Source: Octopus vulgaris
Lineage: Eukaryota
Assembly: GCA_951406725.2 (NCBI GenBank)
Contig: OX597823.1
Location: 63,550,001 to 63,614,000, forward strand
Direction: 5' to 3'
Length of the DNA stretch: 64,000 nucleotides
Positions 13,160 through 27,391 of this stretch are shown one piece after another (position 1 is the first letter of the stretch; each line of letters starts with the position of its first letter). The translations under genes were made by a program, and so were the position numbers. The notes below the pieces were generated by a model. It was given only the letters and a program-made list of their open reading frames with translations. It was not told where the DNA came from and did not search any database.

Positions 13160-14037
13160 AAGTCAATAGATGAGATTCAGAGATGTTCAATATAGAAAAT
13201 ACTTGGTAACGTTCCAATGATTTGAACTTACACTCCGAAATCTTTACGGAGGACTAAGTCCGTGGAGTAAAGAATGGCTGTAAGAGAAATCCGGATGAGA
13301 AGAAATGGTGATAATGATGCAAATAAACAAATAAAATCGCTTGGGCTAGATATATAAAATGTACATACATATATACATGTAAATAGAGAGAGAACAATAT
13401 TCAGGCGATGAACATTCATGTAAAAATATAGATATTCATATATTAAGAGAGCAGACTTACACAGAGTATAAAGACATTGAAAATGAAGGGAAGAAGGTAA
13501 GGTAGGTATTGTAGGTCCGACAGCTGTTACTGGAAGCTCGGAACTAAGTCATAATGTTGGCAGATGTAGTTCACAAAAAGTTAAGGATATGCAACCTGTA
13601 GTGGAAGTTTGTAAACTTTAGGTAAATCTGGTGTTCGTCTTCTGGGTGGATAGACGGGTATCTATTTCTTTTTTATAGATATAGATATATATAGTATTCT
13701 CAGTCATGTAGCTAAGATGCCTGCAACTCGAAATAGTACTCAACGTAGTTTGAAGGCAGAGTTATTTTTACATTGCAAAGTTTACGTACAACTTACAACA
13801 TGCCTCTAGATTCATCAGAGTTTAGATTGTGACTGAGAGATGAAGTTGAAAATTGTTCACCAGTGCTGGATGGAAATATGTAGGAATGGTGCTGGGTGGG
13901 TGGGGGTTTGTATACAAATATTAACAGACGGTTCATCCCAGAACATTTAAGTGGGGGTATTATAGTTATTCTTACAAATAAAAGTTTGACCGTGACCTCG
14001 AATTTTAACCAGCCATTGATTCGACAAACTATATTCC

Positions 14038-14160
<123 letters not shown>

Positions 14161-14863
14161 CTAGATTGTTTTACAGATTTAACGTTTTAGCAAAGAATTC
14201 TGTTTTCGCAAATTCATTGATAACTCCTCTGAAAACCAGAGCAGTTATTACTGAAATAGCAAAAGCAAAATTTCTTTCCTTATCACATTAAATCAAGAAA
14301 ATAAAAAACTATTGACTCTACAAATCTTGTATTCAGCTGTCTCTGGATTTCTGATCTTCTTGAAGTTTGGTTCAACAATTTTCAAAGACGATGCGGATTC
14401 CTTTCCTGCAGTTAACCTTTAATTCTCTTTTTCTTTTTCTTTTTTTTTTATTTAAGCAGTTGTTTTATATCCAATATATAACATGCTATTATTTGTAGCT
14501 GTATCCACTTCGAGGCTTGCACTTAAAATGATTCTATCTATCTATCTGTTTGCATATATATCATATATATATAATATATATATATAATATATAATATATA
14601 TTATATATATATATATATTTATTTATTTATTTATTTATTTATGAATTCGTGTTGCATGATTCCTGATGTGAAGTTGTGTGTTGAAATAGATATTGTTGTA
14701 CTTCGGGATGGTATTTTGCTTTGCCAAATAAACACTCGCAATATTATATATACATATGTTTTTGTGTATATATGAATGCATGTATGTGTATGTGTCTGCA
14801 CGTATGTTTATGTATATGTATGTATGTTTGTATGTATATAATAAATATATACATGTGTGTGTG

Positions 14864-14901
<38 letters not shown>

Positions 14902-15639
14902 GTATGTATATATAGATAGAGAGTGGGAGGGGTAGACATATATATGCGTTAGGGTATATATATGTGATTACGTGTTCGTATATACACATATGTCTATGTT
15001 ATGTGTGTGTGTGTGCGTGCGTGCGCGTGTAATTAGTTACAGGTATTTATTCTGCAAAGCTAATTACGAATTAATTCCAACCAGATGTTAAGATAGTTAA
15101 TTTTTAATGGAATACTTAGTGAAAGAAATCTAGGCATTAGGCATCTCAGTTTCATTAACAGAGTTATATGTTATTCATTACTATTTATTTCACATGATCC
15201 CTTGAACAGAAATTCCATCCACCTATCCATCTATCCATCCATCCATCTCTCTCTCTCTCTCTGTCCCTCTCTCTCTCTTTCTCTCTCTGTCCCTCTCACT
15301 CTGTCCCTCTCTTTCTGTCCCCCTCTCTCTCTGTTCCCCTCTGTCCCTCCCTCTCTTCCCCTCTTTCTCATCCCAGTCTCTCCCCCTATTTCTCTGTGCA
15401 TTTACAAAAGTATGGATACATATTTTACTAATATGTGAGAGAGAACTCAAAGAGATATCTGGATGACTATTATATCTTGAAATTAAAGTATTGATACACT
15501 ATTCGAATTTGAAACACTGGTCAATGTTATAAATGCTAACAACATACAATGGAATACAACAAAGAAAAATTTCCATTTCTTTTAAAAAGTCAGTAGCCAA
15601 ATCGACATCTTTTATAAATACACATATCTACTATTTAAT

Positions 15640-16250
15640 AATTGACATCCGAGAAGCCATGAAGTATCGAGATTCCAAGGATACTAAGGTACCAGCGGCT
15701 GGGCATTGAAATTTGCATGGGTAGAAGGTGGTTTGTTGTCAGTGTGTTACAGATAGCTGAAGAATGGATGAGACAGAACATTCTTATTGGGACTGTTGTG
15801 ACAGGACGTTTAAGCTTCCAACCTATTAGATCGGTATCACCGAAGGAAAAGAGTGATAACATCTTCTCCGGGAAGAAGAGGAAGCGCTGGCTAGCAAGAT
15901 TTGGGGAATTAGATTGAGAAGGAGCTTGGACAAGACGGGTCGACATACAACAAAGAAACATCACTTGGATGTCTTACGGGCTCAGATCCAGTGCATCAGG
16001 TTAACCATCCAAGTTGTATACGATACTTTATTTGGTCCGACAAACCTTCATCCATGAGTCAAGAGTGAAGCACTCTTCTCTTCTGTCCCATGTGTACTAA
16101 AACAGGAGCCTTTCAGTATCTCTTCAGCAGCGGCCCCAGAACCTTAACCGATATCAGCTAATGCTTGTGACATGACTAGGTGCTCAAGATGGATGCGAAG
16201 GTGATATCAACAACCACTTAGTCCACTAAACGCCACTCTAGGAAGGAAGC
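15640..16250 (-). mobile_element. Possible highly decayed LINE 3' region
   Basis: More GC-rich than its flanks, with broken minus-strand peptides such as CNTLTTNHLL that loosely resemble LINE C-terminal Cys/His regions; weak. Confidence 0.3.
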
Positions 16251-16319
16251 TACTTTTTTCAAAGCTGAATAGATTTCGTCTTCATTGAAAAAAAGTTTCA
16301 ACGACTGTGTCTACTTTCC

Positions 16320-16740
16320 ATGACCTCGTCTGACAGATAAGACTGGATTTCATTAAACAAAGCTCATCATATCAAGAGCACTCAGCAATTATTTCATAAA
16401 AGAAAAGATCATGTAGGTGTTTTCTGTATCCTGGAAAGAACACATTGCAGTAAATAATTAGAGAAAGCTTGCCAAATACCAGGAACAGGAACAGCAGCGC
16501 AGAGATCAAGGTTGGCGGCCGCGTTGCGAGCGACTTGAAGTCGGCTACTGGGAGTTTTCTGGCAAGTTCGCTCCGCAAGGTTCTGACTGAGTTATTGGTG
16601 CAGCAAAGAAGGTAGCTGCAGAGAAAACCGCTAGATGACTTTGGATAAAGTGTGCAAGCAAAGATTAGATCAACTGGGCAAGAGGAGTCTGACATTAAAT
16701 CGTCCGACCCTAGAAACACCACCGAGCATCCGTGACATCT
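16320..16740 (+). mobile_element. Decayed restriction-like endonuclease (RLE) domain of a HERO/NeSL-type LINE
   Basis: Translates as VSWKEHIAVNN*RKLAKYQEQEQQRRDQGWRPRCERLEVGYWEFSG...AAEKTAR*LWIK, resembling the VPWE...RK..KY...GW....VEVG..GF...AAEKASRWLW pattern. Confidence 0.7.
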
Positions 16741-16797
16741 ATGCATACATACATACATACATACACACACACATATATGAATGTATATACGTATATT

Positions 16798-16860
<63 letters not shown>

Positions 16861-16971
16861 GTCTTATATATAAATGCAAATTTGTTTGTCTGTTACCATC
16901 TTGCTGATCATACTAGAGAACCGATCTTCACAAAACTTTGCATACTGTTAAACTAACATCCAGTTCGTTTA

Positions 16972-19515
16972 CACGAAGCAGCAAAAGTGCTCATAGGTAA
17001 TTTGGGAGCGCTAATTCTGAATCTGCAATCATTTTTTCTCTAGCACGTCACGTTTTTGCGCTATCGTTATTATACTGCTATCAAAATTACAATAATGTGA
17101 AAATTCCTGACAAATAAAATTAATGTTATGTTAAGCGTAAATTACCGTTATTTAGTATAAGAACAATAGCAATTAGGTGGACAAGTAGCTCTAAAACCAA
17201 TAAAACACAGAACAAAATTGTAAAGTAAATATTATTAATTTTACGTTTTACAAAAATAGCTTTGGCATCTTTTACGCTTATGTTGCATGTCCGTTTCTCG
17301 TTTTTAAAACCAGCAGTAGTTCGTCAGCATGCTTGGCCTAAGTCTGCTATTGTAGCGGCTTTCTAGCTCTTTGATTTCTTGATGAAATCGTTCATCATGA
17401 TTATCGCTTACATTACCCATATTGGGTAGGAAAAAACAAGATGAGAGTGGAGAAAATGAGTTTCTAGAGACATTCTTGCCCCAAGTTGCTTATAAGCTTT
17501 CAAAACATCGCTCACAATTGCAACGTAATTAGATGATTTTTCATTTCCCCCAAAAAATTTCTTTTCCCAAGCAGTTCTCTCTACTGGGCTTAATTTTCCT
17601 TGAAAAAGCTCATCACAAATTAGTGTGCGAATTTCTGGTTCATTAAAAACAGCAGCTTTGATCTTAACTTCACTCTTGCTAGGAACAAATTTTTCACTTA
17701 GATATTTGAATCCTTCACTGTCTTCATTCATGGCCTTAACAAAATTCTTAAACAAGCCAAGTTTAATGTGTAAGGCGGGGAAGGTAAATTTTCGGATGGT
17801 CAACTAAAGGGATATATTTAACGTTGTATCTCCCTGGAGTGAAATCACTTCTCTTTGGCCACTCTTTTTGATCATAGTGATACTTGTCATCTCTGCTGTT
17901 CCAAAGGTACAAAAAGCTCTGATGCTTTGTATACCCCATTTGTAACCCAAGAAGCAAACCAACTTTCAAGTCCCTATGCGCAGAACATTTAATCAAGTGC
18001 AAAATTTTATCCATTAATTCATAAGTTTCCTTTCATCCTACAGCATGCGCTAGTGGTATTGAAGGTTTTTGATTGCCATTATGCAGCAAAACAGCTTTTA
18101 GGCTTGCTTTTCTGGAATCTATGAAGAGTCTCCATTCTTCAGGATTATGGCCGTACCCCATCTCATGTAGGATTCCTTCAACAACATAACAAAAACAAAT
18201 GCCGTCTTTCTTCATAAAAAATTCATGCAATTCTGTGTGCTTTTTTCGAAAATACGAGCATTTTACACCATCGTGTAAAAGATTCCATTGTTTCAACCTG
18301 AAGCCCAGTTCTGACTTTTCTTTTGTTAAACCCAAGTCTCTAATTAATTCATTTAACTCAAGTTAACTTAATAAATGAGGAACTTTTTTTGACGATCCTG
18401 GTTCATCACAGTGATCTGTTGTATCACTCAACTGAAGTCGATGCTGTACTTTCTTCACTTGAACTATCTTTGCCAAAGGATGAAGGAGATTCTGGAATTA
18501 GAATATTTTCATCAGCATGAGCAACTGGTTTTAAAGCTGAAGTGCAATCTGGATAAACAATTTTGGGTTTGTTCTTCTTAGAGAAATCTGTGATGTTAGT
18601 TAGGCAGAAATAACAATCAGAATAGTAGTTTGTTGGTTCGCGCCATAACATTGGTACTCTAAATACGATACTTTTCTGCTTACCATTCAGCCATTGGGTT
18701 AGTGCTATGTAGCAGTTTTTACAACAAACATGAGGCGCCCACAGTTTATCTTGGTCCCCAAAGTATAGCTTGCAAGCATTTAAAAATTTCTTTGTAAGCT
18801 TATTGCTCTGATCTTTTGGCGTAAATTTTCCACACACGTAACAAAAGCTGTCCGGGTGATTAACATAAACTTTTCTGCTCATCATAAATACGTAGAGTAA
18901 TAATCTAAATCAACACTAAAGAAGCCTATCAGTAAACTAAAATATAAAATTAATCAACGGTAAATGTTACTGTAAAGCATCAAAATATCTTTCTCAAAAA
19001 GAAAAAAAAAATCATTGAAATTATTATAGAATGTACTGAAGCTATGGCTACCACGAAACAATTTTTTCCATCTCTAAATTTCAAACATTGATCACTTTAA
19101 TAAATAACTAAACTTACTACTAAACTACTTTCCATGTAACCTGGCTCTCTTATTTGATATATTTTGTTTTAACAGCACTAGCAGTTATCAAGAAAAAGGA
19201 GTCTGAGTGTCTTACTATAACCTAATATCAATAGCTACTGTGAGAAGAACTTTACTATAATTACAGCGATAACAAAGTAAAATAAATTCTCATCTTGTGT
19301 GGCAATTTAACAGGTAGCCTACATTTCCATCTATCAGCACTTATTTTTGTCTCAGTGGTGGGTATATGAATGAAAATCGAAAGCAAATAATCTACTACTT
19401 TGTCAATATTATCAATTGGTTTGAAAATCTGATGCTCTGAATAACAAAAAAGCTACACGTGCTGTCTGAAAACTGATGTCAGATTCGGATTCAGCACCCG
19501 AAAATTACCCCTCCC
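16972..19515 (-). mobile_element. Chapaev3-like (CMC) DNA transposon, decayed
   Basis: Left end starts CACGAAGCAGCAAAA. Imperfect subterminal inverted repeats GGTAATTTGGGAGCGCTAATTCTGAATCTG (about 16996) and CAGATTCGGATTCAGCACCCGAAAATTACC (about 19480). The right terminus is lost in a microsatellite. Confidence 0.75.
17250..18885 (-). pseudogene. Frameshifted Chapaev-type transposase
   Basis: Colinear fragments: CYVCG..GDQDKLWAPHVCC..WREP..DCYFC (18424-18885), WRLFIDSRKASLKAVLLHNGN (18033-18335), LLLGLQMGYTKH (17763-18014), LHIKLGLFKNFVKAM..HFLHSHL (17408-17803), then VSDNHDERFHQEI..MLTNYCW. Confidence 0.85.
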
Positions 19516-19528
19516 CCCATATATATGT

Positions 19529-19608
<80 letters not shown>

Positions 19609-20289
19609 ATACATATATATATGTATAGCTATACATGTAATATGTACATGTATATGCATATATAATGTGTGTGTATGTGTGTGTATGTGCGTGTATGTGT
19701 GAACACTACACATATATATGCATATATGTGTGTGCCTGTGTGTGTATACGTATGCATTTGTGTATATCTATTTTACTACGTAGGTAGGTAAGTTTACATG
19801 TAAGCACTATTATCTTTCCGTGTATCAAACGATAAAATTAGCACCAGCTGGAAAAGCAAAAATAACCCCTCCAAATGCAGAAAAAAAATATTAGAAGGCA
19901 ACATCAACAAGAGCAAAGATAAAATAAAAAATATAATATACAAAATTAGATTAATACAAAAATCCAATTTTTTTTTTCCCCCCTTTATACACCTGGGCAA
20001 GAGGAGATTGACATAAGCAGAAGGAACAGCTGTAGGCGTGTGGAATAAGGTAATCATAAGTCTTTAATCAATTCAAAATTTTTTCATCACTTCTTGGATT
20101 ATCAACAACTCTTCTAAATCTGAAAATCCGGCAGGTGAGATGTACATATACTAGTAGCAGTAGTGGTGGTGGAAGACGATACTGAAAATAGCCAATCAAA
20201 TATCTTGGGAAATCTTAATTTTGATCTTGACGTAATGCTGAAAAGTAAATATATCTTAAACCCTTGTCATCACGAATTATGAATGCACA

Positions 20290-21491
20290 CAGACATGACA
20301 GAAATAAATGAACACTCTTATAATCATTAAAATTTATTTAAATATGAAATTATACATTCAAATTATTTATCATTTATTATAATGTGAATATCTAATATTT
20401 AGTAGACGTACCCTTTGCATTGAAAAATGCAAAGGTCCAATAAGGCATGCTAATGATCAGATAACGAATATTCTCTTGGGGAATCTCTTACCAGGTTTCA
20501 TGCAGTAACCTCAAAAGATCTGGCTTTGAGGATGCTTTTTTGTTCTTTTTACGAAGTGTCCTGTTCATTATTCCCCAGATGTGTTCAATAGGGTTCATAT
20601 CTGGTGACAGGCTTGGCCATGGAAGTTTTTTTAATGTCATTCTTTTCCAACTAATTTTGGATCATTCTAGCCGTGTGTCAAGGAGCTCCATCTTCCGTAA
20701 ATAAAGAATCTTCTTTAATCATTTCACCACTGGAGAAGATTGGAAGGAGTCCTTTCTGCAATATGGCCACATATTTACCTGAGTTTATGTTTCCATCACA
20801 TACCTCCAGCTCTGATTGACCATAGCTCTAAATTGCTCCCCAGACCATCACAGAATAGCCGCCTTGTCTTATTGTTGGCAGGAATTGATCACAGTGTCAC
20901 CAGACCCACATTCGACTACTGTCAGAAAATACATCAAATCTGGACTCATCAGAGAATATGATAGTCTCCCAAAATGCTAGCAGCTACTCCATCATCTCAC
21001 TGGCTCAATATTTCCTCCACTTGATATTAGCTGGCTGAAGAAGTGGCCTCCTTCTTGCTGTTCTGCCATAGTAACCAGGTTTGTGGAGATACCTGACAGC
21101 TGTCCTGGAACTGGCATCAACTTGTTCTACTAAATCAGAGGCCTTGCAATGAGGATTATTCTCCACGCTTCACTTAACAAAGCAGAGGGTCATGTCAGAA
21201 GACCCTGGTCGACCTGGGCAAGGGGATGTGGACTCCTTCCTCTCTCTGGTGATTTACTCAATCATCCTATTAACTGTAGAAAGCGAGATCCCGAGTTTTT
21301 TCTACGATTTTACGCTAAGTCCGCCTTCAGATGGATAGTTCTAAGGTTTCTTTTGTACGTGGCATGATTAAACAGTCACATATAGAACATGAAACATAAA
21401 AACGACCCTTAATAAAAGATATAAACATTTTCAAGTTAAAATAAACACGAAACAATATTTAATGGGGTGTCTATTTACTTCTGTCATGTCT
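20290..21491 (-). mobile_element. Tc1-family DNA transposon remnant with both TIRs
   Basis: TIRs AGACATGACAGAAATAAATGAACAC / GTGTCTATTTACTTCTGTCATGTCT. Minus-strand motifs IFSDES, EDGAP*HTAR and WPSLSPDMNPIEHIWG. Confidence 0.9.
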
Positions 21492-22299
21492 AAAAGAGAT
21501 ATTGCTTTATTTGGGGATGGTCATATTTTGCCAATTAAACACAATTACCATAAAAAAATTGAGTTATCTCCCCACTAAAAAATTGAGTTCATGTGGAGAC
21601 CAAGAGATTGTATAAAAAGAGTTATATCCTTTTCATTCAATACTTTAACACATTGTTGACTTTTGGCCTCCTCAATAGGCATGGTATGATTTGTTATAAA
21701 AATGTTATCAGATTCCATAAGATCTTTAATTTTATCAGTTCTCATGTTTATTAATTTTTTCATGTTTTTCTTTTTTTTTTTTTTGATGTGCCGATATTTC
21801 TCGTAAAACGGCGTGGGGAGATAACCCAATTTTTTAATGGAGGTGAGATAACCAAAAAGTACCTTTAGTCTTTCCATCAGCTTTATTATAATTACTTTAG
21901 TTCCTTTGTCAAAGCTCTTTCATCACACATCTTGTGACCTCTTCAGCGACTCTTTATCTCACGTGACTCACCTTGTTCTTCAGAGGAGACACGTGAAATA
22001 TGTACATTTCTACACAGCGTTCAGCTAACTAAATGGTCACGTATTTAACGGGGTACATTGATATAGGAAAAATATAATTGTTACTAATTCCTTTGAGTGG
22101 ATATCAAAGGTACGGAAAAACAGAAAGAAAGGAGACATACTGACAATTATTTTAGTAGATACTTCTTGGACCAACGGTAATAGCATTAGATTTGGTTCTT
22201 TTACTTACTATTTCGACCATCTGTAAAACCCACTTTTGAAAACATATATCAAATATAAAAATAAAACCGAAGCAGAACGAAATACGATTCAAAAGCCAC

Positions 22300-23125
22300 T
22301 GAAATCACCATCACCACCACCACCGGCACCTCATCCACAGCCGCCGCCACTACCACTACTACCAGCAATACTATCATCAAGAGGTCCACCATCACCACCA
22401 AAATCACAACCACAACCACCACCACCACCACCACCACCACCAACACCACCACCACCACCACCACCACCATCACCACCACCATCACTACCATCTCCATCCC
22501 CTCCATCGACACCGCCATCACAACCACAACCACCACCACTACCACCACCACTACCACCACCACCACCATCACCAGGACCATCGCTACCACCTTCGTCCCC
22601 TCCATCGACACCGCCATCACAACCACCACCACCACCATCACAACCACCACCACCACCACCACTAAGACCATCGCTATCACCTCCGCCCCCTCCATCGACA
22701 CCGCCATCACAACCACCACCACCACCACTACCACCACCACCACCACCACCACCACCACCAAGACCATCACTACCACCTCCGTCCCCTCCATCGACACCGC
22801 CATCACAATCACCACCACCACCACCACCATCACAACCACCACCACCACCACTACCACCACCACTAAGATCATTGCTACCACCTCCGTCCCCTCCATCGAC
22901 ACCGCCATCACAACCACCACCACCACCACCACCACTACCACTACCCCCACCCCACCCCCACTACCCCCACCCCACCCCCACTACCACCACTACCACCACC
23001 ACCACTACCACCCCCGTCCCCTCCATCGACACCGCCATCACAACCACAACAACCACTACTATCACCATTCTCGCCGCCGTCACCACCACCACCACCACAT
23101 CAGCAGCAAGAGCAACAACAACAGT
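22300..23125. repeat. (CCA)n-based minisatellite with six CCCTCCATCGACACCGCCATCACAA units
   Basis: Units near 22498, 22598, 22688, 22784, 22889 and 23019; produces the Pro-rich ORF 22236-23252. Confidence 0.85.
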
Positions 23126-23791
23126 TAAAGAAACTCATCAGAAGTTATTTACCAGAGTGAGCTGTATTCATTTGCTGGACTCCAATGAATACTTTCTGAT
23201 TAACGTTAGCAAAGCAATTTATTTGCAGCCACTTCACGCATGCCCGTGTTAATTAAACTCCTTAATTATAATTATCTCGTTAATATATAAACGCTTTTTC
23301 GTGGTCCGAGCCTAGTTTTCAAAGAAGCAGCTTTAATTATATTATTTATCAAACGTTTCGTGTTAACTTCAACGGAAACAACACACCTCAACGACCAGAG
23401 TACATCGACATTTAGAAAATACCTCCTCGCACTGAACCCCCACCACACTCACCGAATCCTACCCCTCACGCACACACGCACACACGTGCACATACACATA
23501 CACGCACACATACACTCACACACACATACACACATACACAGCCATCCCCCCCCTACCGCCGCCGCCACAATCACCACCATCACTACAACTGCTTCGTCCC
23601 CCCCCCCCCCTGTTAGATTGATACCAAAACCATTCTGTCGTCTCTTTTGGAATTGATTAAAAATAATTTCAACAATTCTAAGAAACTTCCATTTTCAGCC
23701 TCAACTAAACTTCAAAGAATTTAAATTACGAAATGATGCTTGCTTTCATTTTTTTATTCATATAATCTGTTTGTTTTTATATAAAATTTAT

Positions 23792-23822
<31 letters not shown>

Positions 23823-23864
23823 CCACCACCATCATCACCATCACCACCATCATCATCATCATGT

Positions 23865-23896
<32 letters not shown>

Positions 23897-24052
23897 TTCT
23901 TCTTCTTCTTCTTCTTCTTCTTCTTCTTCTTCATTATCATCAACGTCATCATTATTCCGCCGTGATCGACTTTACCTTTCATCCTTTCGGGGTGAGTATC
24001 AGTTGAACACTAGGGTCGAACTTGCCGGCCTTAAGCCAGTATTTGAAATTAT

Positions 24053-24138
<86 letters not shown>

Positions 24139-24149
24139 TTATTATTATT

Positions 24150-24697
24150 GAGTGAGAGAGCAGTGCATGCCATCAAAGTGACACTGGGGTAAAATATACG
24201 AAGCCCAGTATACCCATCATGACTACCCGTCTGATAAGGGTAGTCATAATACACCAGGCACATGCATCACAACCATATGAGCACGACATGGTGATCTCAT
24301 ATCAAGATAAACAGCGCATGACCTTGCAGGTGGGGCCCAGTTAGAATTTTCTTCTGGTCGAGTAGCCCATTCCGCTCAAACGGTCCCTGAATAAGGATTG
24401 TTTAATGATGTTGAACGAAACACCCATGTTTCCAAAGGTGAATTATCCAAACCTCTAAGAATTCCTTTCAACACACGGTTGTGATGCTCCCCCACTACTT
24501 CTGCTCGTGGTCAGAGATGCACATATCGTCAGCCACTAAGGGACATGCTCAACTGGTTATGGTCAAACAACTGACAAGCAAATCCGTGGTATTGAGCAGA
24601 ATATTTACTTTAGCTCATCTTTTATACCAAATCAAAACAATGTACATGATAACACTTCCAATCAGTTAAGACCAGAAGCCATGAGACCCACTGTCTG

Positions 24698-24699
<2 letters not shown>
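24150..24699 (-). mobile_element. Retroelement-like segment embedded in (TAA)n
   Basis: Complex 550-bp sequence flanked on both sides by TAA/TAT repeats; on the minus strand it ends in (AAT)n like a retroposon tail. Confidence 0.5.
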
Positions 24700-24738
<39 letters not shown>

Positions 24739-25320
24739 GTTATTATTATTATTATTATATCCTTTATCTGGTTCCAGTGTTTGGACTGCTGTTATTCTGG
24801 GGCGCCAAATTTTGTATCGACAAAACCTCCTGGCTTTTCGTCTGGTTCCTATTTTATAGATCACTGTTTATTGAGTACCAAAAACATTCTTCGGCGCTAA
24901 GGGACTCAGCAAGAATAGAAAGAAAAGAAAAGAAAAGAAAAGAAAAGAAAAATAAACAAATTGCCAGAAGGTATTTTTGCTCGATGCACCGATCGGTCGA
25001 CAATTCGATGCCAATACATAAACAGACACATAGACACATACAACCACACATACACACGCACACTAAACTAACACGCACACACACACACAGATGTTTTCAC
25101 ACATGCATTTCATACAGACACACACACACACACACACAAACGCACACACACACTCAAAGAACACACACACACGCACACACATATAAGCGGTTGTTGTGGC
25201 ACCATCCATATTATAGATATGGTATATGTCTTTTGCATGTGTGTGTATGTATATCCGTGTATGAATATATGTTTGTGTTTTGTTATATGTATATATATAT
25301 ATATATATGCATTTTTATTT

Positions 25321-25351
<31 letters not shown>

Positions 25352-25999
25352 TACACACACACACACACATACCACACACACAAACACATATTTGACCGTG
25401 TGTGTGTGTGCGTATGTCCACTTATACATACTGCAACGTTACAACATTGGATCGATGTTCATAGAACCACAAGAGAAGACCGAAGGTAAAGCAAAATCAA
25501 TAATGTAGATCAAACTGAATTGATAGCCAAACATTGGGTTTTAATGCGGTTCCATCCAAGGAATTACCAAAATCATACTAAACACCAATGAAAATAAATA
25601 TGGAGTATGTCCACGATAGTGAATGAGGTCCATTTTCCATTCTCTTCTACGTTCGTCCCTTCCCATTATGAATTATTCCCTCTCGCCTACTATCACTTTA
25701 GAGCTAATGCTATGAATATACTTAAATGTGGTCGCTATAGGTATTCGAACTACAAACGACATACTCCATATTTATTTTTATTGGTACTTAAATCAAGTCT
25801 TGTTTATTGTAGCATTTCTTCAAACATGTATAGAATATCAGTTAATGCTTAGGCGGGAAATCCTATTACGTTATCTCACCTTTGACTACCTCCCCTTTCA
25901 CCTCATTTTCCACTTCACTCCGCCTCTTTCTTACAATTTGCAGAGCTGCGAAAGATAAAAATATGAAAAATAAGGAAAATAAAAGCTAAATCATGCGTC

Positions 26000-26880
26000 G
26001 CTTTATGGCAAGAAGCTTGCTTCCCAAACACATGGTTCCGGGTTCAGTCCCACTGTGTGGTACCTTGGGTAGGTGTCTTTTACTATAGTCCCGGTATGAT
26101 CAAAGCATTTTGAGTGGATTTCGTAGACGGAAACTGAAAGAAGACCGACATACACACACACACACACACACGATATCAGACATACCCGACGTTGTTCGGG
26201 ATTTAAATGGCATAGTTTGTATATATGGTACAGTTAAGTTGAAATGTGATACAAGGAAGTACAGCATTGAGGACAAAACATTTGTAGAGTAAATAAAGGG
26301 CTAATTCGATTAAGTGACATGTCATGCGTCTGTTTGGGAGATTCCAGACCCTAACCTTGTCATGGAAAAGTGGGTGGGGCTATGTGATTTTTGAACGCAC
26401 CAAAAAGTGTTATTGTGTTTATGCTTTTCCATCACTTGGCACCCGGTGTTAGCGTCGGTTTGTTTGCGTCACCGTATCTAGCGGTTTGGCAAAAGAGACC
26501 GATAGAATAAGTACGAGGTAGAAGAGACCGATAAAATAAGACCGATAGAAAAGGCAGCGAGGTGGCAGAAGCGTTAGCACACCGGGCGAAATGCTTAGCG
26601 GTATTTCGTCTGCCTCTACGTTCTGAGTTCAAATTCCGCCGAGGTCGACTTTGCCTTTCATCCTTTCGGGGTCGATTAAATAAGTACCAGTTACGCACTG
26701 GTGTCGATATAATCGACTTAATCCGTTTGTCTGTCCTTGTTTGTCCCCTCTATGTTTAGCCCCTTGTGGGCAATAAAGAAATAAGAATAAGTACGAGGTT
26801 TTAAAAAAATGAGGACGACAAATACCATTCGTGGTAGTGCACCAGCATGGTCACAGTCCAATGGCTGAAGTATATAAAAG
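26000..26880 (+). mobile_element. Interrupted SINE family B copy
   Basis: Head at about 26000-26145; 3' half at 26440-26880 is split by a family A insertion. Confidence 0.7.
26553..26783 (+). mobile_element. tRNA-derived SINE family A, full length, nested in family B
   Basis: A box TGGCAGAAGCGTTAG, B box GAGTTCAAATTCC, central GCCTTTCATCCTTTCGGGGTCGAT domain, tail ...GGCAATAAAGAAAT; GAATAAGTACGAGG is duplicated on both sides. Confidence 0.9.
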
Positions 26881-27245
26881 ATAAAATATAGAGGTACTCT
26901 GAAGGATAGTTTCAGCAAGTAACCTGTGTCACTGAAACGTCTTTGTTGGATAAAATATCGGGGTCGATAAAATAAGTACCAGTTGTAATCGACTAGTTGA
27001 ATACCAAGGTAAGTGTAATTGACAACCCATCTCCCAACAAATTGCTGGTCTTGTGCTAAAATTTAAAGCCAATATTATCATTTAGGTTTGCAGAAAGTGG
27101 TGATTGGTTGACTCATTTGAATATCGTTGTATGTTTACGTTCGTTTACTTTTTTTGAATAATCCTTTCATCTCACAACTAGCATTAAAAATATTTACCTT
27201 ATTACATATCGCATTGTACCTCAAGTTTTCACTCAACCAATAAAC

Positions 27246-27280
<35 letters not shown>

Positions 27281-27323
27281 CTCTTTTACTCGTTTCAGCC
27301 ATGCGGCTGAGGTCATGGTGGAG

Positions 27324-27391
<68 letters not shown>

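Noticed and set aside
13205-13300. Additional hammerhead
   Set aside because: A hairpin and GCTGTAAG resemble the 31997 family, but both core boxes are mutated (CCAATGA, GAAT).
21575-21877. 100-aa minus-strand ORF
   Set aside because: It contains a poly-A-derived Lys run and no identifiable domain; possibly a TE remnant but not classifiable by eye.
22490-23050. Regularly spaced 25-bp repeats suggesting a CRISPR array
   Set aside because: The spacers are low-complexity CCA runs of variable length, the context is eukaryotic and there are no cas genes.
22236-23252. 338-aa proline-rich ORF resembling formin FH1 or extensin
   Set aside because: It is the translation of a (CCA)n-based minisatellite, starts at TTG, is also open on the opposite strand and has no flanking domain or clear splice signals.
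24681-25508. 275-aa ORF
   Set aside because: It is stitched from (TAT)n, (CA)n and (TA)n repeats and has no domain content.
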